From positions 4,065 to 68,064 of the forward strand of contig JAGVSJ010000009.1 in NCBI GenBank assembly GCA_019720975.1: DNA of 64,000 nt, written 5' to 3'. Below are positions 54,156 to 63,518 of the stretch, piece by piece. Each line of letters begins with the position of its first letter. The stretch's first letter is position 1. The DNA is from Candidatus Sysuiplasma superficiale. GTDB lineage: Archaea; Thermoplasmatota; Thermoplasmata; Sysuiplasmatales; Sysuiplasmataceae. The notes under the pieces were generated by a model. That model was given only the letters and a program-made list of their open reading frames with translations. It did not search any database and was not told the DNA's origin. The translations under genes were made by a program, and so were the position numbers.

Positions 54156-54230
54156 TGGATATAGCTCTATCATTCAGCGGCTTGGCGGAAACACTGTTTC
54201 CTCGTCCTGTTCGCTCGAAGGAAGGTGTGA

Positions 54231-54467
54231 TTGTTGAAGGCATATATGGTTACGGGAAAATTCAAGGTATCAGATAGACAGTGGCAGTCTTTCAACATAG
54301 AGGTTGCCTCGGCCAGTGAAGATGGTGCAGCGGAAAAGATAAGGACACTGCTGGGAAGCAGACACAGGGTTCCTCGGAGGCTAATAACCATAGAGAGGAT
54401 CGCTGAGCTGGAAGAAGGTAGTATCGAAGACAATGTGGTGAAGTATCAGGTTGGTGCGAAAGCTTGA
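54231..54467 (+). CDS. rplX: 50S ribosomal protein LX (L18Ae/L20A family)
   Basis: KAYMVTGKFKVSDRQWQSFNIEV...LGSRHRV pattern, and the conserved archaeal LX-pfdA-ftsY gene order. TTG start after GAAGGTGTGA. Confidence 0.8.
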   Translation: MLKAYMVTGKFKVSDRQWQSFNIEVASASEDGAAEKIRTLLGSRHRVPRRLITIERIAELEEGSIEDNVVKYQVGAKA

Positions 54468-54892
54468 ATGAAGATGAGTTCAGACAGGCGCTAGCTGCGC
54501 TTGAAAACCTGAAAGCCCAAGCTGAAAATCTCTCCGCTCAGCTGCAGCTCATACAGGACACAATAAACGAATTTTCAAGGGCCAAGGAGACTGCAAGCAA
54601 TTACAGTCGGGTTGAAGATGGTGCAGAAGTCATGGTTCCGGTCGGTGGTGGTGTATTCCTTCCTGCTAGGGCAGTTAAGACAGGACGAGGCGTGATGTCA
54701 ACAGGAGTCGGGTACTCTTTCGAACAATCTCTCTCAAGGATAGTCGAAACGATGGATACACGGATAAAAGAGCTTGTTGAAGCATCACAGAAGATATATG
54801 ACAGGATGTCTGAGCTTCAGAGGCAGATAAACAGCCTGCAGTCCGTCATAGAGGAAGAAGCGACGAGGGAACAGGGGCCACAGCAGGGGTGA
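54464..54892 (+). CDS. pfdA: prefoldin alpha subunit
   Basis: Two coiled-coil arms flank the beta-hairpin region (VMVPVGGGVFLPARAV). The TTG start overlaps the LX stop (TTGA). Confidence 0.8.
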   Translation: MNEDEFRQALAALENLKAQAENLSAQLQLIQDTINEFSRAKETASNYSRVEDGAEVMVPVGGGVFLPARAVKTGRGVMSTGVGYSFEQSLSRIVETMDTRIKELVEASQKIYDRMSELQRQINSLQSVIEEEATREQGPQQG

Positions 54893-54896
54893 TCCC

Positions 54897-55844
54897 ATGT
54901 TTTCCGCCCTGAAGCGGCGACTCGGATTGTTAAAGCAGAGTTCGTCAGGCAGAGATGCCTCCACGGCGATAGGGGAGGAGGGCAGAAAGATAAAGGACGA
55001 TCAGCTCGATGAGATATGCTGGGAGCTGGAACTGGGGCTTCTTGAATCAGATGTTGCACAAACCGTTGCCTCAAAAATAATCGAGGGAATGAAGAACGAG
55101 CTCCGCGGAAAAAGGATTGCGAAGGGGCATGATCTCTCGGAAGCTGTTGGGAATGCGCTGAGGGACACCGTGGAGAATATACTTTCAGCACACACGATTG
55201 ATTTTGACAGCGTGATCAAAGGGTTGAGGAGGCCAACAGTCATCATGTTTGTAGGCATAAACGGCACTGGGAAAACAACTGTGGTGGCGAAGATGGCGAA
55301 GATGCTCAGACAGGAGGGGTACACACTCGTCATTGCAGCTGGGGATACATTCAGGGCGGGAGCGATTGAACAGCTGAAGACGCATGGAAGAGCCCTCGAC
55401 ATCCATGTGGTGGCGCATGAACACGGAGGCGACGCCGCCGCTGTTGCGTTTGACGCCGTGGAGCATGCTCGTGCGAGGCACCGTGATTTCGTCCTCATCG
55501 ACACTGCGGGGAGGATGCAGACAAACAGCAATCTGATGGATGAGATGAAGAAGATCAAGAGGGTCGCTGAACCGGACATAACTGTCTTTGTCGGCGACGC
55601 ACTAGCAGGGAACGACATGATAGAGCAGGCCAGAAAGTTCAACGAGGCTGTTGGTGTTGACATGGTGATACTCACAAAAATAGATGCGGATGCACGCGGA
55701 GGCAGTGCGCTCTCTGTCGCTGATGCCATCGGCAAACCCGTTGTTTTCCTCGGCACTGGACAGAAATACGAGGATCTGATACCTTTTAATCCCAAATGGA
55801 TGGCAGAGAGGCTGGTAAGCCCAGAACAGCAGGGCGGGGCGTGA
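54897..55844 (+). CDS. ftsY: signal recognition particle receptor FtsY
   Basis: SRP GTPase motifs GINGTGKTT, DTAGR and TKIDADARGG, plus the N domain. Confidence 0.93.
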   Translation: MFSALKRRLGLLKQSSSGRDASTAIGEEGRKIKDDQLDEICWELELGLLESDVAQTVASKIIEGMKNELRGKRIAKGHDLSEAVGNALRDTVENILSAHTIDFDSVIKGLRRPTVIMFVGINGTGKTTVVAKMAKMLRQEGYTLVIAAGDTFRAGAIEQLKTHGRALDIHVVAHEHGGDAAAVAFDAVEHARARHRDFVLIDTAGRMQTNSNLMDEMKKIKRVAEPDITVFVGDALAGNDMIEQARKFNEAVGVDMVILTKIDADARGGSALSVADAIGKPVVFLGTGQKYEDLIPFNPKWMAERLVSPEQQGGA

Positions 55845-57121
55845 AGCATCTGAAGAAGTATGATGCCATAGTTGTGGGTGCAGGGGTTACCGGGCTCTCA
55901 ACCGCATTCAATCTCATATCGCTGAGACCGGATCTCAGCATATGCGTTGTTGAGGCAGGGAACGGCATAGCCACGGGCAATTCATCGAAGAGTGCCTCAG
56001 GATTCAGAACTTCGTTCACATCGGACGTCAACCGTAAACTTGCAAGGTCTACCGCAGATTATTTCATCCGTGTGAGCTCGAAAGGAGCTGACATCGGTTT
56101 AAGGCAGGTGGGGTATCTCTACCTAATAGCCGATGACCGTTTTGCGCATTTCAGCTCAGTTGCGGAAAGGCTGAACAGGAACGGCTCAGCGCTCCGGATC
56201 ATTGATGCCGGCAGTCTTGAGAAGATGATCCCCGGCATCGTTGTTGAACCTGCATCTGAGGATGCGGAGATAATGGGACTGCACCGCATCGGAGGAGGCA
56301 TCTTTGATCCTGTCGCCGGAATAATGGATCCTGTGAAGGTATGCGAACATTACTATGCCGCTGCTCTCGCAGGAGGAGTTGATTTCCTGTTCAACACACG
56401 TGTTCAGGAGTTCATAACGGAAGCTGACCGACCTCTCGGGATTCCCGGTGAACCGTTTGGCTGGCAAAAAGCACAGGTTGGAGGAGTGAAAACTGCCCGC
56501 GGAGACATCAGGGGGAGGGTAATAGTTGCGGCAGGGACGTGGGCCCCAGACATTGTGAATGCCATAGGAGTCGACGCAAGAGCGAGACCCAAGACACGCC
56601 AGATCTTTGTGCTTCGCGGCCAGCAGCTGGCAGATCTCTATCATAATGGAAACTTCAGCACTGCAGGCACACTGCCCTTCACCTTCCTTCCCGGCGGTGT
56701 ATACCTAAGACCGGAAACATCGGATGAGGCTTTTGATATCGGCTTCGCTGATGACTTCGGAAGGCGATTTGGATTCGAGGAGTATCCTGCTGCCGATGAG
56801 AGCTTCTTTGAAATGAACATACACCCTGTCCTGAGCGAATATCTCCCCGTATTCTCATCCATCAGGCCTTCCGGAAGCTGGGCGGGGCAGTACATAATCA
56901 ACACATTTGACAGCAATCCGATAATTTTTGAGGAGTACGGCATGATAACCGTCACGGGCATGAGCGGGAGCGGCATACTGAAGAGCTATGCAATCGGCAG
57001 GATTGCCGCGTCGCTCTTCCTTGGAATAGAGGAGGCGGATCTTGGAAACGGCATATCGATCAGGACAGATGAGCTGGGCTACAGAAACAGGCATGTGCAG
57101 GCCGAAGAGCTTGTATTCTGA
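55841..57121 (+). CDS. FAD-dependent oxidoreductase (DAO family)
   Basis: Dinucleotide fold YDAIVVGAGVTGLSTA. GTG 55841 overlaps the ftsY stop (GTGA). The ORF is open from 55796. Confidence 0.75.
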   Translation: MKHLKKYDAIVVGAGVTGLSTAFNLISLRPDLSICVVEAGNGIATGNSSKSASGFRTSFTSDVNRKLARSTADYFIRVSSKGADIGLRQVGYLYLIADDRFAHFSSVAERLNRNGSALRIIDAGSLEKMIPGIVVEPASEDAEIMGLHRIGGGIFDPVAGIMDPVKVCEHYYAAALAGGVDFLFNTRVQEFITEADRPLGIPGEPFGWQKAQVGGVKTARGDIRGRVIVAAGTWAPDIVNAIGVDARARPKTRQIFVLRGQQLADLYHNGNFSTAGTLPFTFLPGGVYLRPETSDEAFDIGFADDFGRRFGFEEYPAADESFFEMNIHPVLSEYLPVFSSIRPSGSWAGQYIINTFDSNPIIFEEYGMITVTGMSGSGILKSYAIGRIAASLFLGIEEADLGNGISIRTDELGYRNRHVQAEELVF

Positions 57122-57127
57122 TGCCCC

Positions 57128-58357
57128 TCAGCGGGCAAACAATGCTGCCATCACCTTTGCATCCTCCACCATATTCCTGATGAGAGAATATTCGTTTGGC
57201 TGATGCGCCATTCCGCATTCCGTGCTCCAGACTGCCGCAGGAAAACCGCGCAGCCTGACTATATTCGCACAAGTCCCTCCTCCTATTCCGACGAAGCGCG
57301 GCTCTATGCCCCGCATATCTTTCACAGCCTCAGCAAGCGCCCTGAATATCCCTGAACTCGTGGAAGAAGGTTCGGCTGCGGTGCTCTTCTTGAAAACGTC
57401 GACACGTATTTTTGCCCCCGTTCTCTCACTGAAAAGTGCAGCAACACGCCTCATATCCTGAAGGATAGCTGAAACTCTGTAGGAGGGTAGGATCCTGCAA
57501 TCGAAGTAGAATTCATCCGTTCCGGGAATGGTGTTGACATTTTCAACGTTCGACAGCCTCTTTGTGGGCTCAAATGTCGAGCCTGGCACAGGCTCAAAGA
57601 GATGATCCTTCCTGTCATATTTTGCGTACAAATATTCTGTCATGAATACCATGAATCTTGATGCGGCGAGAGATGCGTTCAGGCCTGAAGCTGGAGTGCT
57701 CGCGTGCGTCTGCCTGCCTGCAGTCCTAACCCTTGCCCAGAGGGAGCTCTTCTCAGCGATCTCAATGGCATCTCCACGCTCGCTGCCTGAGTCTGGCACA
57801 AGAAACTCATCCCCCTTCGAAAAGGCGCCCTTCTTCAGCATGTATTCGATGCCCTTCGCACTTCCGAGCTCCTCATCGCTCACAAATGATATCTTCACAT
57901 CAGGCGAAAGCCCCGCGTCAATAACAGCCTTCGCTGCGTAGATGGAGGCTATCAGCGACTGCCCGTTGTCCTCAGCTCCACGGCCGAAAATTTTGCCTTC
58001 CCTGACAACAGCGGTGAAAGGGTCGTGTTTCCACAGATTTCTGTCGCCCACAGGAACTGTGTCCATGTGTGAGATTACCCAGAGCGAGGGCCCCTTCCCG
58101 TTTCCCAGAGATGCGACAATGTTTGGCCTGATGCCATGCTTTGCCTTTCTGTCAGGGGCATCAAACCTGCTTACCCGTGTTATTCCGTTCTCTTTCAGAA
58201 GAGAGACTAAGAATTCTCCCCTGTCATACTCTCCTTCTCCGCCGGATTCAGGGCTTATGGCAGGAATGGATATCATGCGTTTCATCGCATCTATCATCTC
58301 TCCCTCAAGAGATGAAACATAACCGCTGAGTTTTGAATTCGAGCTCATTTTGACCAA
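57128..58357 (-). CDS. M20 family metallopeptidase (ArgE/DapE-like)
   Basis: VISHMDTVP, GRGAEDNGQS and the SDEELGS metal-ligand pattern. Confidence 0.8.
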   Translation of the reverse strand: MVKMSSNSKLSGYVSSLEGEMIDAMKRMISIPAISPESGGEGEYDRGEFLVSLLKENGITRVSRFDAPDRKAKHGIRPNIVASLGNGKGPSLWVISHMDTVPVGDRNLWKHDPFTAVVREGKIFGRGAEDNGQSLIASIYAAKAVIDAGLSPDVKISFVSDEELGSAKGIEYMLKKGAFSKGDEFLVPDSGSERGDAIEIAEKSSLWARVRTAGRQTHASTPASGLNASLAASRFMVFMTEYLYAKYDRKDHLFEPVPGSTFEPTKRLSNVENVNTIPGTDEFYFDCRILPSYRVSAILQDMRRVAALFSERTGAKIRVDVFKKSTAAEPSSTSSGIFRALAEAVKDMRGIEPRFVGIGGGTCANIVRLRGFPAAVWSTECGMAHQPNEYSLIRNMVEDAKVMAALFAR

Positions 58358-58430
58358 ACGTCAGTAAAGTGAGGAGAGATAAATCCTTTTCATCAGGCAA
58401 GAGATGTGAACTCTGAAGGTGTACCTCGGA

Positions 58431-58931
58431 CTAGGAAATGCGCGGCGGTTTCTCTACATGTACAAGATCGACCCTGATGCCCAACTCCCTCATAAGCTCA
58501 AGCCCCATGTGCTCCGGATAATCTTCGCTGTAAGCCACACGCCTTATGCCGGCATTAACTATCATCTTCGCGCACGTGTTGCAGGGCAGTATAGTTGAGT
58601 ATATCGTTGCGCCGTAGGCCCCGGTTCCTGCCTGTATTATGGCATTCTGCTCTGCATGGACAGCAGTGCATATCTCCATCTTTGTCCCTGATGGTATCTG
58701 AAGTATGTCCCTTATACAACCTATTTCCTCACAGTGCTTCATGTTGCGCGGATTTCCGTTGTATCCGCTGCTCACAATGTGATTCATGTCATTGACAATT
58801 ACAGCACCTATCTGACGGCCATTTCTTATGCATGTGCTCCTTTCTGATATAACATATGCGAGCTTCATGTAATATATATCCCGCGGGGTCCTCTTTGCGC
58901 GGGGATGTTCAGAAGGTTCAATGTACTGCAT
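58431..58931 (-). CDS. dCMP deaminase (ComEB type)
   Basis: Zinc motifs AVHAEQNAI and PCNTCAKMI. The ORF is open to 59039, and ATG 58931 fits the family length. Confidence 0.85.
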   Translation of the reverse strand: MQYIEPSEHPRAKRTPRDIYYMKLAYVISERSTCIRNGRQIGAVIVNDMNHIVSSGYNGNPRNMKHCEEIGCIRDILQIPSGTKMEICTAVHAEQNAIIQAGTGAYGATIYSTILPCNTCAKMIVNAGIRRVAYSEDYPEHMGLELMRELGIRVDLVHVEKPPRIS

Positions 58932-59037
58932 CGTCTCCCAGAGACTATCAATAATCTGGATTAAAAAGGTGCGGTAGGGATTGCCGGATGATACGTGCCT
59001 GATTAAAAACATATAGCTCGAAACTCTCGCATTGCCC

Positions 59038-59913
59038 ATGGATCCGGGAGAGAAGACTCAGCTCAGGGATTTCGTAGTGTCGATCTCTGCCGCCGCACTA
59101 ATCGCGTTGCTCATAATAGGTGGCCTTTATGTCTACGCTGGCAACTGGCCGCCCATGGTGGTGGTGGAATCTGGCAGCATGCAACACAGTTCAACCTACG
59201 CATATCTGGGTGACCTCAACATAGGAGACATGGTGGTTGTGAAAAGGGTCTCTTCCGTTTCCCAGATAGTAACATACGTCCAGGGGGCGGAGAGTCATTT
59301 CTCAACCTATGGAGAGTTCGGAAACGTCATAATATACAAACCGTACGGAAGCAGCAACGTAGTCCCGATAATACACAGAGCCATAGTTTATATACAGTAC
59401 AACAAAACCGGAGGTGGATACAACATACCTTCACTTGCCGGCCTCAACGATTCTGAATGGTTTGTCATGACGCCTTCAGGGCCAGAACACTATGTTAACA
59501 ACATAATGTACAACGTTGAACTGACAAATGTGGGTTACACCCATACGCCTGTGATAATTCCTGTCAAACAGATGATCAGAAGTGCCAGATTCAGTGGCTT
59601 CATTACAATGGGGGATCACAATCATGCAGCCTATGGAGAGAATGCGACGGATCAGGCTCTTGGAATATTTCCGCTTCCTGTGAAGATCCAGTGGGTTGAA
59701 GGAATAGCCGTCGGCCTTCTCCCATATGTTGGCCTCATAAAACTGTACTTTGATGGTGGCATACCTGCCGAAACGCCTCAGAACAGCGTAGTTGCCCTCG
59801 TCGTGATCATAGTGGCTGTTGCGGCCACCATATTCTCGGCAGAATACATTCTAGAAACACTCAGAAGGAGGAAAGAGGGAGAGGGCGATCAGGAAAACAG
59901 AGAGTCAGATTAG
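59038..59913 (+). CDS. archaeal signal peptidase I (S26B/Sec11-like)
   Basis: N-terminal TM, VVESGSMQHS (catalytic Ser) and MGDHN (His), then a C-terminal TM. TATA-like GATTAAAAACATATA lies about 25-35 nt upstream of ATG 59038. Confidence 0.7.
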   Translation: MDPGEKTQLRDFVVSISAAALIALLIIGGLYVYAGNWPPMVVVESGSMQHSSTYAYLGDLNIGDMVVVKRVSSVSQIVTYVQGAESHFSTYGEFGNVIIYKPYGSSNVVPIIHRAIVYIQYNKTGGGYNIPSLAGLNDSEWFVMTPSGPEHYVNNIMYNVELTNVGYTHTPVIIPVKQMIRSARFSGFITMGDHNHAAYGENATDQALGIFPLPVKIQWVEGIAVGLLPYVGLIKLYFDGGIPAETPQNSVVALVVIIVAVAATIFSAEYILETLRRRKEGEGDQENRESD

Positions 59914-61167
59914 TGTCGTCTGTACCCTTGCATGCGAAGTTCTGTAGGATTTCAGCAGTTCATCCCCCGCAAGGATGTCCCTTGTTTCGTTAATCGGCAC
60001 AGCAAGTTCTACCTCCTTGGTTCTTCCACCACGACCGAATGAACGGACCCTTGCCCTGAGTATTCCGAGCATGTCCAGTTCTGACAGAAGATCACCTATC
60101 CTGCGCTGTGTCAGAGGCTGAACGCCTACAGAGTTGCATAGATTTCTGTACACTTCATACACATCTCCTGTTGTCATCATACTGCGCTTTTCAGAGTGTA
60201 TTATGATAGACATCAGCAGGATCTTGGACTGATAGGGAAGTGTTCTTAGCGTCTCTGAAACGGTGTCAAGCTCTATCTTTTCCTTCGCTCTGTATACATC
60301 TGCCGCCGTGATCTTTGTCCGTCTCTCTCTTTCGGCAGATTCTCCAGCAACGCGAAGGAGCTCAAGCGCTCTTCTGGCATCGCCGTGTTCTTGTGCAGCT
60401 AGTGCGGAGCAGAGCGGTATGACATCCTCATCGAGTACACCCTCTTGGAAAACAAGCCCCGCGCGATCGCGTAGTATGTCTGAGAGTTCACCTGCATTGT
60501 ATGGAGAAAACACTATTCTCTCCTCTCCGAGCCTGCTCCTGACACGAGCGTCGAGGAAATCGGTGAACTTCAGATCGTTCGCAATGCCAATGATTGAGAG
60601 TTTTGAATTCTTCAGGTCATCATTGATCCTCGAAAGATTATAGAGAAGATCGTCGCCCGCCTTGTACACCAGCCTGTCAAGTTCATCAAGAACAACCACA
60701 ACCAGCCTTCCGAGCTGTTCTGTCTTTTCCTTGAACAGGGTATATATTCTCTCCATGCTCCACCCATTATATGGGGCACGCTCCTCAGGATTGGTGATGA
60801 AGCTATTTACCATGTACTGCACGACACCATAATTGGTGTCGGCTTCGCAACAGTTGACGTAGAGAAACTCTATCTTCCTTTCTCTGGTCATTCTGGAAGC
60901 TTCATTTGAAATGAACCTGACAGTCGCTGTTTTGCCTGTTCCCGTCTTACCAAAAACAAGAACGTTTGATGGTCTGTCCCCGTTAAGACCGATGGAAATA
61001 ATTGCTGCTAGCTGATCTATTTCCCTCTCACGGTGAGGAAGAGAGGATGGTATGTAGGACGGGCGGAGTATCTCTCTGTTGCTTCTGAAAATAGTTGGCG
61101 AGCAGACATACCTGTCAAAGATGTTTGGTCTCGGTTGATGGGCATTAACTGCAGACTGTTCAGTCAT
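59905..61167 (-). CDS. cdc6: Orc1/Cdc6 replication initiator
   Basis: AAA+ Walker A FGKTGTGKTAT, Walker B VVVVLDELD and a C-terminal winged helix. The ORF is open to 61227. Confidence 0.9.
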   Translation of the reverse strand: MTEQSAVNAHQPRPNIFDRYVCSPTIFRSNREILRPSYIPSSLPHREREIDQLAAIISIGLNGDRPSNVLVFGKTGTGKTATVRFISNEASRMTRERKIEFLYVNCCEADTNYGVVQYMVNSFITNPEERAPYNGWSMERIYTLFKEKTEQLGRLVVVVLDELDRLVYKAGDDLLYNLSRINDDLKNSKLSIIGIANDLKFTDFLDARVRSRLGEERIVFSPYNAGELSDILRDRAGLVFQEGVLDEDVIPLCSALAAQEHGDARRALELLRVAGESAERERRTKITAADVYRAKEKIELDTVSETLRTLPYQSKILLMSIIIHSEKRSMMTTGDVYEVYRNLCNSVGVQPLTQRRIGDLLSELDMLGILRARVRSFGRGGRTKEVELAVPINETRDILAGDELLKSYRTSHARVQTTLI

Positions 61168-61355
61168 TGAGAAACCATATCTCCCACCTATTTTCAAGAG
61201 GTAAAGGTAGGGTAAAATTTCACCCATACTAAAACGTTCTTTTTATCTCATAATTCGAGTAAATAAAACACACTTACATCACACAAATCCATTAATGGTT
61301 CCTTCTCGATGCATAAATGGAAATATATATAAATAATAATAATCAACAATAGAGA

Positions 61356-61374
61356 GTCCATGATTTCCACTGGA
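61356..61374. repeat. ORB-like origin recognition box, copy 1
   Basis: GTCCATGATTTCCACTGGA is the perfect reverse complement of 61529-61547. It contains the TCCAGTGGAAA core of archaeal ORB/mini-ORB elements. Confidence 0.7.
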
Positions 61375-61528
61375 AAATTTGAGTATTACATACTGCAGTT
61401 GAAGAGAGAGTTGGCTTAAGCAGCAAGTGACAATTGATGTAATGGCTGGATCTGCTTGATTATTGACAGTCAATAAAAAAATTATTCAAATATTTGATTA
61501 AGTTGGTTCTCACGTTTAATTTTACAGT

Positions 61529-61547
61529 GTCCAGTGGAAATCATGGA
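61529..61547. repeat. ORB-like origin recognition box, copy 2 (inverted)
   Basis: TCCAGTGGAAATCATGGAC, 154 bp from copy 1. Confidence 0.7.
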
Positions 61548-61567
61548 CTGTGTGTTTTGTGTTCTAC

Positions 61568-61948
61568 TTACATTTTGAATTGTCTTTTTTTGTCGATTAC
61601 CATTTCCTCGTACTTTCTGGGGAGGACCCACGCCAGGTATTCAATATCATCAAGGTTCTTTACAAACTTTGCCTTACTGTCTACTCTGAGATATTTTATC
61701 AGGTCGTGTGTCTTTTTCACAGAATCGATAAGCCACCACGCGCCTCCCACAAGGAGTATTGGGCCTATTACAAGCATCCAGTATATCCAGTTGCCAACAG
61801 CCTTTATAGCGGGCTGGAATGGTAGCAGATAATCGGGCAGTGTTGACATGAATATGCCAATTGAGGCAATGAATGTGGACAGTATGCCCACTGCGAGAAG
61901 GAGCGTGGAAAGTTCGAATCTGTATTCCCTGGTGAATGCCTTGGCCAT
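61568..61948 (-). CDS. two-TM membrane protein
   Basis: 126-aa ORF with two long hydrophobic helices and a charged C-terminal domain. No family recognised. Confidence 0.45.
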   Translation of the reverse strand: MAKAFTREYRFELSTLLLAVGILSTFIASIGIFMSTLPDYLLPFQPAIKAVGNWIYWMLVIGPILLVGGAWWLIDSVKKTHDLIKYLRVDSKAKFVKNLDDIEYLAWVLPRKYEEMVIDKKRQFKM

Positions 61949-62087
61949 GCGCCTCTACCTTATTCAGCTTCACGTAACAAGTTTCAAGGCTATTTAAATC
62001 ATATACATTCTCCGCACCTTAGAAATAGCAATTCAGGTAATGGGGCATTTCGTGCCCGGAGCATTGCAGGCAGACGGTAGGATTTGA

Positions 62088-63446
62088 ATGCCAGTTTATG
62101 TGGGTGTTGACGACACGGATTCTGCACAGGGAATGTGTACGACTTATCTTGTCACAGAAATAATAAGGAGACTGAACTTTCCGATTCTGTATGGCCTTCC
62201 ACGGCTGGTCCGGCTCAATCCGAACATACCTTGGAAGACGAGAGGAAACGGCGCACTTTCGATAATCCTTGGAGGGGATGCGCAAGGGTCAAGTGTGGTA
62301 GGTGAGATATCCGGTGTTCCTGTCCTTTCATCTAGAATAGCCACAGGGGTTTCTGATAGTCTGTCAGTTGTGAACCGTGCTGTCCGTTCTGTGGTAGAGG
62401 AAGCTGCCATGATGGACGCCGACAACACAAATCCAGGCGCTGTTGTCAGCCCAGCGCCAGTCAACGAGGCGCTCTATTGGAAAGCGGTTCGCGGCATAGT
62501 TGAAAAGGAAGAAGCCATACTATTTGCCAGAGAGGCCGGCGCCGTGGTTAATGAGTGGAAGAATGGCCGCGGTGTCATTGGCGCAGCATCGGCCTTATCA
62601 TGGAGAGGCCAGAACTCAACCTTCGAACTGATCACCTACAGGTACAGGCACAGATGGGGGACAAGCAGAGACATCAATGTTGTGGATGTCTCATCGCTTT
62701 CAGACAGGTTTCCATCTACCTTTAACAACTATGACAGGGCAACTAGGCATCCCTGCATATATCCATCGTCACCATGCCCGGTACTCTATGGTATAAGGGG
62801 AACCCGTCCAGAAGTGCTTCCGGAAGCTATGAAAACAGTAAGATCGGAGATGCCGGAACGGTGGCTTCTCTTTGAGACGAACCAGGCAACAGACGATCAT
62901 ATCTCAGTACTGAATGGTTCGCCATCCCTCTTTTCATCCTATGTAGTTCAGGGCACCGTGCGCTCCTATCCTGAAACGGTGAGAGGGGGGCATGTCTTCT
63001 TTGAGATGACAACACACGAAGGCATCATTCTGCTATGCGCTGCCTTTGAAGAAACAAAGGATCTCAGAGGGATAGTGAGAGGTTTAATACCGGGCGATTC
63101 CATAACTGTCTGGGGAGCCTTCAAACCGCCTGCCGGTGAACTGCTTAACGGTTCACTGAACATTGAAAAGATATCTGTTAATGCGCTCGCAAGACGCTGG
63201 ATCAAGAAAAGCAATCCTGTTTGTAGCGTATGCGGTCGAAAGATGGAGTCTGTTGGTAGAGGAAAGGGCTACAGATGCAGGAAGTGCAAACAACGGTCAG
63301 ATATGCCGGAAATGACAGAAGCCAGACGCACCGTGAGTCCAGGCATCTACTCACCCACTACTTCATCACGTCGTCATCTGTCCCGTCCCGCAGAGATGAC
63401 AGTTCAGAGTGGTGTCGCCTGCCAGACAGTCACTGGCTCACAGTGA
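62088..63446 (+). CDS. tiaS: tRNA(Ile2) 2-agmatinylcytidine synthetase
   Basis: Signature N-terminus VGVDDTDS..GMCTTYL, central OB/TCKD-like regions and a C-terminal zinc ribbon CSVCGRK...YRCRKC. Confidence 0.88.
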   Translation: MPVYVGVDDTDSAQGMCTTYLVTEIIRRLNFPILYGLPRLVRLNPNIPWKTRGNGALSIILGGDAQGSSVVGEISGVPVLSSRIATGVSDSLSVVNRAVRSVVEEAAMMDADNTNPGAVVSPAPVNEALYWKAVRGIVEKEEAILFAREAGAVVNEWKNGRGVIGAASALSWRGQNSTFELITYRYRHRWGTSRDINVVDVSSLSDRFPSTFNNYDRATRHPCIYPSSPCPVLYGIRGTRPEVLPEAMKTVRSEMPERWLLFETNQATDDHISVLNGSPSLFSSYVVQGTVRSYPETVRGGHVFFEMTTHEGIILLCAAFEETKDLRGIVRGLIPGDSITVWGAFKPPAGELLNGSLNIEKISVNALARRWIKKSNPVCSVCGRKMESVGRGKGYRCRKCKQRSDMPEMTEARRTVSPGIYSPTTSSRRHLSRPAEMTVQSGVACQTVTGSQ

Positions 63447-63518
63447 CAAAATTGGGAAGGACACACAATATCAGGGAAACCATAATTACATCAGAGAACA
63501 TCAAAAAACCTGATAAAG

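Larger units (their letters stand above)
61168..61567. other. candidate replication origin (oriC) next to orc1/cdc6
   Basis: 400-bp non-coding, AT-rich region containing an inverted pair of ORB-like boxes, AT tracts (61316-61350 and 61471-61502) and short palindromes. Confidence 0.65.

Noticed and set aside
55001-55849. 282-aa minus-strand ORF antisense to ftsY
   Set aside because: Low-complexity S/A/C-rich translation with no motifs. It is fully shadowed by a gene with unambiguous SRP-GTPase motifs, so it is a typical antisense shadow ORF.
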